The translations under genes and the position numbers were made by a program. 64,000 nucleotides of DNA from Bdellovibrio sp. GTDB lineage: Bacteria > Bdellovibrionota > Bdellovibrionia > Bdellovibrionales > Bdellovibrionaceae. This document shows positions 39,938 to 47,511 of this stretch, piece by piece (the stretch's first letter is position 1; every line of letters begins with the position of its first letter). The DNA is taken from positions 2,560,001 to 2,624,000 of the forward strand of contig JAKFCY010000002.1 of assembly GCA_036676395.1 (NCBI GenBank). Direction: 5' to 3'. A model generated the notes under the pieces. It searched no databases and was not told where the DNA came from. It saw nothing but the letters and a program-made list of their open reading frames with translations.

Positions 39938-41554
39938 TTAATCGAGCTGCAAATCCAAGAAGGTTGTGTACGTTGGCTGAAGCGGGATAACCAATTTACG
40001 CTTTTTAAGCCCCGGAATGCTGATAACCATCTGTAAAGGGTATTTTTTGGTCACATCAAAAGCCACATCCGGATTACTTGATTGAATGCTTCCGGTCAGT
40101 TGAATGTTCAGCTGATTTTTTTCGGCTGAATAATTCACAATGCGCGAACCCCATTCATTACGGCGGCCAATACGGATTTCGTAATTCACCGGCCCAACAT
40201 TTTTAACTAAGCCATCTTTTTTAACATCTTTTAAATGTTTTTTCTCATCATTACCGTAAACATAATCCACTTTCATGTAATTCATTAACGTTTTGCTATC
40301 TAATAATTCTTTTGGCGGTATAAAGTTTTTCGGTAACGATAAATCTAAACCTAAATTATAGGTGCGCATTTCATTACGAATCATATCACTTGTTTCTAAG
40401 CTCAGCGGCGCTCTGGCGACTTCAAGTTGTTTTACAATTGATGTGTAGCGATTCATCTGACAATGACTTTGCGGTGTTTCGCAATTAGCTAAGTGTTTTA
40501 ACACATGTAAGTACGTGGGGTGTTTACATTGATCGGCCTCGACACAAGCTTCGGGAACAGCCGCAATAGCATGATCAGGGTAACCAATCGCTTTAGAGTG
40601 CACGGCTTCAACAAATATCATTTTCGGGTCAGTTTTAAAAAAGCGCGAGTAATCAAAATCAGTCATCATTAAATTTTGCTGTTTGTCGAACTCCATGTAC
40701 TGTCTGATCGCATCTGAATAATAATAAAAACCTAAACGGCCACTCGCCACATTCACCGCTTGATCTGACTCCCAGCGCACACCTACGTTTAAGCGGTAAT
40801 CAAAAACCTTCACTGCTTTTTTCTTTAAATCATTAATGATCTTTAAAAACTTATTTTTAGGAACTTCTTCACCCTTAGTGGCTGGCACTACACCGGCGAT
40901 GTTCAACATTCTTGGGTCGTAATAAATATTAACGTAATTTTTTGAGGCCATTTTACTAAAATAACCATAAATTTTCTCAGAAGCTGCAGTTAGATCTGTA
41001 AGCTCTTGATCGCCAAATTTCATTTTATCAAAAATATAATCTTGAATCGCTTCATTCGGAATAAATTTTTTCAATAAAAAGGTTGTGCGCGAGCCCCAAA
41101 ACGGAGCCCCTAAAGTTACAAAGCCATCTATTTTTTCAAGATAACTTTTTTGTCTCAGATCGACGCCGTCTAAAGTTTTTAAATACCAGACATAACCAAC
41201 AAGCCCGCCTTGCGAGTGCGCAACCAGACTGATTTTGTCGCCTTCATTTAAGACCGGAATTTCTTTAATCAAAAAGTTTTCAAATTCACTGACAAAACGT
41301 TCGATCTCGGCACCCTTTTCACCGCTTGAATATTTAAAATTCATTGGAACATACTCATAATTAGGGTCGATCTGGCTTAAATGCTCTTCTAAAGCAGGTA
41401 AAAGCCCAAGAAAAGTTTCTGCAGACCCACTTATTCCATGCATCGTGATGATGTATTTCTTAGGCTTAACGCTCGATATATTACGTTGAACATTTTTAAA
41501 TGTCTCACAAGAGGCCAACAGCAATACAGTAAACAGCAATAAATAGTTTCTCAT
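39938..41554 (-). CDS. Lipoprotein alpha/beta hydrolase (lipase/esterase-like)
   Basis: Lipobox LASC; HGI oxyanion motif, AHSQGG nucleophile elbow, TLGAPFWGS. Confidence 0.85.
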   Translation of the reverse strand: MRNYLLLFTVLLLASCETFKNVQRNISSVKPKKYIITMHGISGSAETFLGLLPALEEHLSQIDPNYEYVPMNFKYSSGEKGAEIERFVSEFENFLIKEIPVLNEGDKISLVAHSQGGLVGYVWYLKTLDGVDLRQKSYLEKIDGFVTLGAPFWGSRTTFLLKKFIPNEAIQDYIFDKMKFGDQELTDLTAASEKIYGYFSKMASKNYVNIYYDPRMLNIAGVVPATKGEEVPKNKFLKIINDLKKKAVKVFDYRLNVGVRWESDQAVNVASGRLGFYYYSDAIRQYMEFDKQQNLMMTDFDYSRFFKTDPKMIFVEAVHSKAIGYPDHAIAAVPEACVEADQCKHPTYLHVLKHLANCETPQSHCQMNRYTSIVKQLEVARAPLSLETSDMIRNEMRTYNLGLDLSLPKNFIPPKELLDSKTLMNYMKVDYVYGNDEKKHLKDVKKDGLVKNVGPVNYEIRIGRRNEWGSRIVNYSAEKNQLNIQLTGSIQSSNPDVAFDVTKKYPLQMVISIPGLKKRKLVIPLQPTYTTFLDLQLD

Positions 41555-41734
41555 GTATTTATCATCGTGATCTTGGGTCTCACTCTTTAGTTTTCTTTAC
41601 TCTGACACAGGCTCTGTATGACTTTTTTTGTTCCAAACATGAAGTTTGACACCAGTCTCAGAGTGAAACGAAAAAAAAATCGTCAATTTCCCTCTGATAT
41701 TCAGCACTTGTAGCTTATGACTCAGTCTAAGACA

Positions 41735-41750
41735 TGGTGCCAGGTTCGCA
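41735..41750 (+). promoter_or_regulatory. Putative sigma54 promoter
   Basis: TGGTGCCAGGTTCGCA, GG-N10-GC, about 30 nt before ATG 41779. Confidence 0.55.
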
Positions 41751-41778
41751 ATTATGTTCATTATCAAACGGAGGACAT

Positions 41779-43242
41779 ATGAAACATCAACAAGCCCCAA
41801 AATGGTTATTAACAACTGCCTTACTAGCGGTTCTTGGTGCTAACTACGGTTTTCAAGCAAGCTCTTTAGCTTTACATAAAGACGCCGGCTTATTTGAAAT
41901 GTCTTCTGAAACATCTGGCGGCACAGGCGCACGCGGCGGTCGCAGCACTCCGAAAGTAACTACGACTTCTGCTTCGGCGTCGGCTACAGTGACAGCCTCG
42001 GCAACTGTTACAGCTTCACAAACAGTGGTTGCATCCGCAACAGCGTTACCTCGCACCGGCGAAAAACCAGCTGTCGATAATACAGGTAAAGAAGTTAACT
42101 TCGTTCGCGAAGGTAAAGTATTAGCAACTGGCACATGCGCTGATGGGGCATGTAAATCAGTGGTCTTAAATATGTCAACTTTAGAAAGTTTTGCTGCAAA
42201 TTTAGTTTCTGCAACTTCTCGCGTAGCTCCAACATCTCAAGTGGCTGCGGCAGTAACTGCTTCTGCTACGGTGGTAGCGTCTGCAGATGCAGAATATGAC
42301 TGTGATTTTACTGAAGACGGTAAACCTGAAACCCGCACGCAAAAACGTGACCGCTTAAAATGTGTTAAAAGTGAAAAAGAAAGAGTTAAAAAAGAAGACC
42401 GTATCGCTAAATTCGAAGATAAAATGGATGACATCAAAGACCGTTGCGAAGTGACTACTTCTGAAACTAAATTAGAGTGTTTAACGCGTGAATTTAACAA
42501 CGCAGTATCACGCTACTCTGGCCGTAACGCGATCCCTGCTAACGTAGCCCAACGTTACTTTAAAAATGTAGTAGGCGCTGAGTTAAGCAAAATGTTATTC
42601 AACAATGAAATCACGCCACAACAAGCTATGAGCACATTGCAAGATGTATTCGACGGTTTACCTTCTGAGTACGGTGTAATTCGCCAAAACATTTTAACTG
42701 CAATTCAAAACGAAACTAAAACTCGCGCTCAAGCTATCAACCAACAGTACAAATTGGCTGATACATTAAAAAACAAACCGCAACAAGCTGGCGAATACTT
42801 ACAATTAATGGGCGAAGCACAACAAGCTCAAACTGAACTTGGACAAATGGTTGATGTTTACTCGGCAGCAGCACGCACATCTGATGCTTTTTCTGAAGAC
42901 ACTAGCTTTTCAAGATACTACCAAACGAACTACATGCCACAAATGAGAAGTTTATTTGCTTCAATGGGTGTTCAAGGTTCTACGGGTACAACGACGACTC
43001 CTGAAAAAGTTGAAAATCCAACTCGTGGCAACACACGTGGTAGCGCAACAACAGGAACTTCAACTTCGATTCCAAGTGCTGGTACTCGCGGTCAAGCTAC
43101 AACAACTACTGCTAAAGTTGGAGCTTCGAACCCTCCACAATGGAGTTTCTTAGACAACTCTTCATCTGGAGTGCGTGTAGGTTCACCTTCGAACACTTCA
43201 AGCGGCAACACTCGCGGTGCTCGCTCGATGGGTAACAACTAA
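41779..43242 (+). CDS. Exported hypothetical protein with S/T/A-rich ends and a helical Cys-containing core
   Basis: ATG 41779 with SD GGAGG; hydrophobic N-terminal segment; no family recognised. Confidence 0.75.
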   Translation: MKHQQAPKWLLTTALLAVLGANYGFQASSLALHKDAGLFEMSSETSGGTGARGGRSTPKVTTTSASASATVTASATVTASQTVVASATALPRTGEKPAVDNTGKEVNFVREGKVLATGTCADGACKSVVLNMSTLESFAANLVSATSRVAPTSQVAAAVTASATVVASADAEYDCDFTEDGKPETRTQKRDRLKCVKSEKERVKKEDRIAKFEDKMDDIKDRCEVTTSETKLECLTREFNNAVSRYSGRNAIPANVAQRYFKNVVGAELSKMLFNNEITPQQAMSTLQDVFDGLPSEYGVIRQNILTAIQNETKTRAQAINQQYKLADTLKNKPQQAGEYLQLMGEAQQAQTELGQMVDVYSAAARTSDAFSEDTSFSRYYQTNYMPQMRSLFASMGVQGSTGTTTTPEKVENPTRGNTRGSATTGTSTSIPSAGTRGQATTTTAKVGASNPPQWSFLDNSSSGVRVGSPSNTSSGNTRGARSMGNN

Positions 43243-43270
43243 GATTTACGATAGAAATTTGAATTTAAAT

Positions 43271-43303
43271 AAAAAAAAGCCAACCGTAACAGGTTGGCTT
43301 TTT
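43271..43303. terminator. Bidirectional terminator; copy 1 of a 33-bp direct repeat
   Basis: AAAAAAAAGCCAACCGTAACAGGTTGGCTTTTT, identical to 44761-44793. Confidence 0.9.
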
Positions 43304-44120
43304 ACTTTTTCGCAAAACTCACTGGAATAATATTGAAATGAATTTGAAACAATCGGCGATCTTCATAAGTGTCTGGGTTAAATTTTGTCAAATTCTCGGC
43401 AGTAAATACGTCTAAACCTTCTAAGTAACTTTGAAACTCAGTTGTGTTCAAAGGCAGAAACATACTTTTAAAACGCCGCTCCTCTTTTGGTAATGCAATG
43501 GCCTGTTTAGCTTCTTCTAAATTTCTTTGATAAAATGCTTCTAGACCATGATGGCCAAACTGATCCGGAACTTTAAATGATTTTTGCAGGGGTTTAAAAC
43601 CATTCGGTGTTTTTTCGATAATTTGCAGCTCTAAAAGTTTTTCGATGGCCTGATTCACTTCAACTTCACTACAGCCTAAAATCCAACCTAGTGTATCTGC
43701 TGCTGGCGACACATCAGAAAAACTGAGCAATATTTGTAACCTTGGAAGTAAAGGATTTGATAAAAAATCATAATGATTATTAATCTCTAATTGATCAGAA
43801 GGTTGTTTTAGATAGCTGAGCAGTTTTTTCCAAAATACGTTTTTTTGCTCTTGAGTTTTACTTTGGGTGTAATGAGCCAGTACTGAAAAATAATCGCTAT
43901 CATCCTTATCTAGTTTTAAATTCTCGCTGAAAGCCGCGATCATTTTTTCGTTTAATGGCCTTTTTCCTAATACAATAAAACGAACATAGGATTTATCACT
44001 CGCCTTAAGCTCTTTGGCCCATACATCATATGAAAACTGGGGCTCACGCTTTTTTCTAAGCTGATAACAATCCTGAAGATACTGATAAACGTTTAGATAA
44101 TTTCTTATTTTTACTATCAT
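43302..44120 (-). CDS. TIGR02147/DUF4423-family protein (putative HTH DNA-binding)
   Basis: Likely ATG 44120. YLQDCYQLRKKREPQFSY...SYVRFIVLGKRPL, AKQAIALPKEERRF and LFQIHFNIIPVS match this family pattern. Confidence 0.82.
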   Translation of the reverse strand: MIVKIRNYLNVYQYLQDCYQLRKKREPQFSYDVWAKELKASDKSYVRFIVLGKRPLNEKMIAAFSENLKLDKDDSDYFSVLAHYTQSKTQEQKNVFWKKLLSYLKQPSDQLEINNHYDFLSNPLLPRLQILLSFSDVSPAADTLGWILGCSEVEVNQAIEKLLELQIIEKTPNGFKPLQKSFKVPDQFGHHGLEAFYQRNLEEAKQAIALPKEERRFKSMFLPLNTTEFQSYLEGLDVFTAENLTKFNPDTYEDRRLFQIHFNIIPVSFAKK

Positions 44121-44250
44121 GCAGCCATGATTTATTAAAACTTCTTCAAAAGCAAACGTGGACAACTTGTCCACGCCAAATTTTACTTACTGCCAAACGT
44201 CTCTGCGTGGCCATTAGTTAAACACTCATATCGCAGATATCGCAGTTAGC

Positions 44251-44267
44251 TTGGCCATTTCTTTGCA
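44251..44267 (+). promoter_or_regulatory. Putative sigma54 promoter
   Basis: TTGGCCATTTCTTTGCA, GG-N10-GC with TTGC, upstream of ATG 44354. Confidence 0.6.
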
Positions 44268-44353
44268 CTTATCAAGATCAAACAGTTTTTATTGTTTCTG
44301 CCTAAACGGGTGTGCTCGTAAAAACTAAACCCAACAAACCCGAAAGGAAATTT

Positions 44354-44740
44354 ATGAAACACATTTTTTTGATCTCTCTAATTACTTTATCGTCTGTTAT
44401 GGCTTTAGCTACTGGCAATGAAGGCAATGGTGTTGTCGGCAGCGTGAATACAAAAACGATTCAAGGCAAAGATGCCGCCGCAATCATGCACGTTTTAAAT
44501 ACCATCAGAACCGCAAATGTCGGCGAAACTGGTGAAAATGTGCAAAATGGCATTGAATTTTACGTTGGTGGATCTCAGGAAGGTTATGGTAACGACGATG
44601 TGACTGATCACTGGGAACAAATCTCAGGAAAAATCGGCGACTTAAATTTAGAATGTGAATCTCATGAATACATGACATACAAAGTAGCGAAAGCTAATAA
44701 AAACGCTTACAAAGACACTTTCATCTGCAAAACTAAATAA
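44354..44740 (+). CDS. Small secreted hypothetical protein
   Basis: ATG 44354 with SD AAGGA; signal peptide ending ALA followed by TGNEGNG; two Cys. Confidence 0.75.
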   Translation: MKHIFLISLITLSSVMALATGNEGNGVVGSVNTKTIQGKDAAAIMHVLNTIRTANVGETGENVQNGIEFYVGGSQEGYGNDDVTDHWEQISGKIGDLNLECESHEYMTYKVAKANKNAYKDTFICKTK

Positions 44741-44760
44741 GACTTAAAGAACAAATCCCA

Positions 44761-44793
44761 AAAAAAAAGCCAACCGTAACAGGTTGGCTTTTT
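44761..44793. terminator. Bidirectional terminator; copy 2 of the 33-bp direct repeat
   Basis: Identical to 43271-43303. Confidence 0.9.
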
Positions 44794-44817
44794 TCGTTTG
44801 TTTAGAAACTTAAACTT

Positions 44818-44970
44818 ATTGTCTTACAGCGGCGTAAGCTCTTCGAAAATCCGGCGGGAGTTTCCCCCCGCCGGCCCTGCTCAAGCCAACATCACCAGCT
44901 GTAGTACACATTCTGTGTTCAAGTTGTCATCCTAAGCTGTCGTACATGCTGTCATCACGTTGTAAGTAAT
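44818..44970 (-). ncRNA. Candidate structured non-coding RNA or structured 3' UTR
   Basis: Minus-strand 10-bp GC stem with a G-U pair and GAAA tetraloop (44851-44874); ends are complementary (44823-44831 with 44958-44966); internal degenerate direct repeat. Confidence 0.35.
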
Positions 44971-44971
44971 C

Positions 44972-46381
44972 TTAAAAGGTGATGGCGGCTCTAGTCGTTA
45001 ATCCATATGTTGTCTTACTATCGAAGCTGTTGGTTCCACCTTCCCAAGCGGCACCGGGAAACAACACTCCTAAACCTGTCGACCACGTTACGCGTTCACG
45101 CGGTTTATAGACAAGCTCTACATCTAATTCTAGGCCCAAGTCTTTTTTCATGTCTACAAATTTCTTTTCATTCATTAATTGAGCGTAAACAATCGTTGCC
45201 TTTAGATCGATTTGATCATCGTATGCATACTTCACAGTTGGTGCTAAGAACATTGCATTTGTTACGGCTTCATCATCTGCAGAATTTTGCGTACTTAAAC
45301 CACTTGCTCCATCATTTGCATGAATCGGAGACGTTCCGATAATGTCTGCTGAACCTAAACGGTGATTAAATAATAAAAATCCTAAATCATAATTGCGATC
45401 TAAGATGTAACCTTCGTAAGTGTCTGCTGTATCTGGGTTATCACCACTGACAACGCCGGCTTTACCAGAGTATTCCCAAGAACTTTCGCCCGGAGGAAAT
45501 AAACCTTCCATAACAACTGCATATGAATCGACTTTGATTTCTGCGGCAGCTGCATTTGTTACACCCGTGTTACCAGTTAAGAAGCTGGCTTCGATTTTAA
45601 ATTCAAACGCAGACCATTTTCTTTCTAAGAAAATATTAACTGTTTGAGTTTTTAAACCTGTAGTTGCAGATGTAACGCCGCTTGGCAATTCAGCCGCACC
45701 GTAATCATTATAGGCTGGCCCTGCAGAACGTGTTTGGTGAAACAACCCTGCGCGAGAACCTGCATCTTTATTATTGTACTCTAAAATATAGATTTGGTCA
45801 GTTGCTACGCCACCACCGAAATCATCTTGTGATACACGGGCAATCATTGGTGCAATTGATAAGTTATCAACAACAAAACGGTACGAAATAACTTCTTTCG
45901 TATCTATCCAATGATCAAATTGGCCTTTACCCGCGTTATGCGTGATACCAATACCGAATTCAACCGGAGCGCGGCCAACTAATAACGAACCATATTCATG
46001 ATTTACGTTTAAATATAATTGGCTGACTTGAATAGAAGATGAATTTTGATTTTGTGAAGTCGCATTTGATCCATTTGCGCCAGCTGACCCATCATTTAAA
46101 CCAGTGCCGATGATTGAACCCATTTGTGAGTTTTTATAAGCTGGCAATTGGTTTGCCATCACATCAAAACGACTGTGGATATTGATGCCATCAGATCCGA
46201 TGATACGAGGTTGTAAGTATAAAAAATTAAGCGCGTAGCTTTTGCCTAATTTTTGATTTGCCAAAGAAGTGCTATTTACACCAGTGTATTCAGCGCGGTA
46301 GCCACCAGTCCAATCAATCGAAATAGCGGCCGCAGTTTGCGATACAAGTAATGCAGCTACAAAAAGTTGTGAAAGTTTCAT
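44972..46381 (-). CDS. Outer-membrane beta-barrel/porin-like protein
   Basis: Signal peptide (AAA), GSLLVGRAPVEFGIGI, DLGLELDVELVY, terminal Phe. Confidence 0.8.
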   Translation of the reverse strand: MKLSQLFVAALLVSQTAAAISIDWTGGYRAEYTGVNSTSLANQKLGKSYALNFLYLQPRIIGSDGINIHSRFDVMANQLPAYKNSQMGSIIGTGLNDGSAGANGSNATSQNQNSSSIQVSQLYLNVNHEYGSLLVGRAPVEFGIGITHNAGKGQFDHWIDTKEVISYRFVVDNLSIAPMIARVSQDDFGGGVATDQIYILEYNNKDAGSRAGLFHQTRSAGPAYNDYGAAELPSGVTSATTGLKTQTVNIFLERKWSAFEFKIEASFLTGNTGVTNAAAAEIKVDSYAVVMEGLFPPGESSWEYSGKAGVVSGDNPDTADTYEGYILDRNYDLGFLLFNHRLGSADIIGTSPIHANDGASGLSTQNSADDEAVTNAMFLAPTVKYAYDDQIDLKATIVYAQLMNEKKFVDMKKDLGLELDVELVYKPRERVTWSTGLGVLFPGAAWEGGTNSFDSKTTYGLTTRAAITF

Positions 46382-46396
46382 CGTCAGTTCCCCTTA

Positions 46397-46963
46397 TTAT
46401 TCTGTCACACCAAGAATTTCATTCTCGTGCACGATATGTAGATCTTCATTATTAAATTTAACTTTAGTGCTTGAATATTCATTGAATAAAACCGTGTCAC
46501 CGATTTTTACATCAAGCAGTTTGTGGTGGCCCTTTTTAGTATAAGTGCCATGACCCGCAGCTAAAACTTCACCTTTAAGGTAACCTTCAGTTGAAGACAT
46601 TGAATCCGGAAGAATTAATCCGCCCGGAGACACTTTTTCAGTTTTAACTAAACGAATCACTAAACGATCGCCTAATGGCGTGATCGCTTTTGTGTAATCA
46701 ACTTTAACTACTGCAGCTTTTGCAGGAGCCTGAGCCGGCCGCGCCGCTTTTTTAGCCGTAACTTTTTTAGCAGGTTTAGCTTTTACAGTTTTTTTAACTG
46801 GAGCAGATTTTTTAATAGCTTTTTTAGGAGTTACCTTTTTAGGGGCCTTCTTTGCTGTAGTTTTTTTCACAGCTTTTTTAACTGGCTTGGCTTTAGCTTT
46901 AGGTTTTGCAGTCGCCTTTTTAGCTGGAGCTTTTTTAACTGGTTTTTTCGTTTTCTTAGCCAC
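46397..46963 (-). CDS. groES: Co-chaperonin GroES domain fused to an N-terminal Lys/Ala/Pro-rich histone H1-like tail
   Basis: Start refined to GTG 46963 (SD GAGGAG). About 85 aa of AKK/PAKK repeats precede ITPLGDRLVI...GGLILPD...GEVLAAGHG...VKIGDTVLF...ENEILG. Confidence 0.88.
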   Translation of the reverse strand: MAKKTKKPVKKAPAKKATAKPKAKAKPVKKAVKKTTAKKAPKKVTPKKAIKKSAPVKKTVKAKPAKKVTAKKAARPAQAPAKAAVVKVDYTKAITPLGDRLVIRLVKTEKVSPGGLILPDSMSSTEGYLKGEVLAAGHGTYTKKGHHKLLDVKIGDTVLFNEYSSTKVKFNNEDLHIVHENEILGVTE

Positions 46964-47225
46964 GACGGTTTTTCTCCTCTTCATAATATTTCTTGTACAT
47001 GATTTCCCATTCTGAGGTGCCTTCCATGACATTGCGTTTTAGAGACGCTACTTTTTCACGGGCTTTGGTATCAATTTCTGCATCTTCGCGAACAAACAGA
47101 ACAATAGCGCGTCTCGCGGCTACTAAAGCCTGGTCATCATCAGAAAAATCGACGATGTCATCGCCCCAAACTTTATCTGTGATAACTTTAGCCCAATGAC
47201 CGATACGCTCTTCAGAAAGAATCAT
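46956..47225 (-). CDS. DUF507-family protein
   Basis: MILSEERIGH..., AREKVASLKRNVMEGTSEWEIMYKKYYEEE; typical tandem pair. Confidence 0.75.
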   Translation of the reverse strand: MILSEERIGHWAKVITDKVWGDDIVDFSDDDQALVAARRAIVLFVREDAEIDTKAREKVASLKRNVMEGTSEWEIMYKKYYEEEKNRRG

Positions 47226-47500
47226 AAGATCACCTTTTTCTCTTTGGCTAATTTCATTTTTAATAAATTAAACATCTTGCCGCGTTGAAATTCTTGGCCT
47301 TCACGTTCCATGTGATCCATCAAAGCATGCACATCTTTTTCTAATGCAATTTCAGCCTGCAACTCTACGTTGATGGCGTCTTTCATGGCTTGCAGAACTT
47401 TAGATTCTTCAACCTTTAACGTGATTAGATTATTTGTTTTCCACTCTTTTAAGATTTTTTCAGACAGTCTTTGTATTTGACTTGCAGATAGCTTCATCAT
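47222..47500 (-). CDS. DUF507-family protein
   Basis: MKLSASQIQRLSEKI..., MFNLLKMKLAKEKKVIL. Confidence 0.75.
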   Translation of the reverse strand: MMKLSASQIQRLSEKILKEWKTNNLITLKVEESKVLQAMKDAINVELQAEIALEKDVHALMDHMEREGQEFQRGKMFNLLKMKLAKEKKVIL

Positions 47501-47511
47501 TGTAATTACTT

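Noticed and set aside
44875..44905. Minus-strand GATGTTGGCTTGAGCAG resembles the 23S rRNA L11-binding region
   Set aside because: Match is short and gapped with no flanking rRNA similarity; probably chance.
44816..44911. 31-aa minus-strand ORF MCTTAGDVGLSRAGGGKLPPDFRRAYAAVRQ
   Set aside because: No convincing SD and it runs through a strong hairpin; kept only as an alternative to the ncRNA reading.
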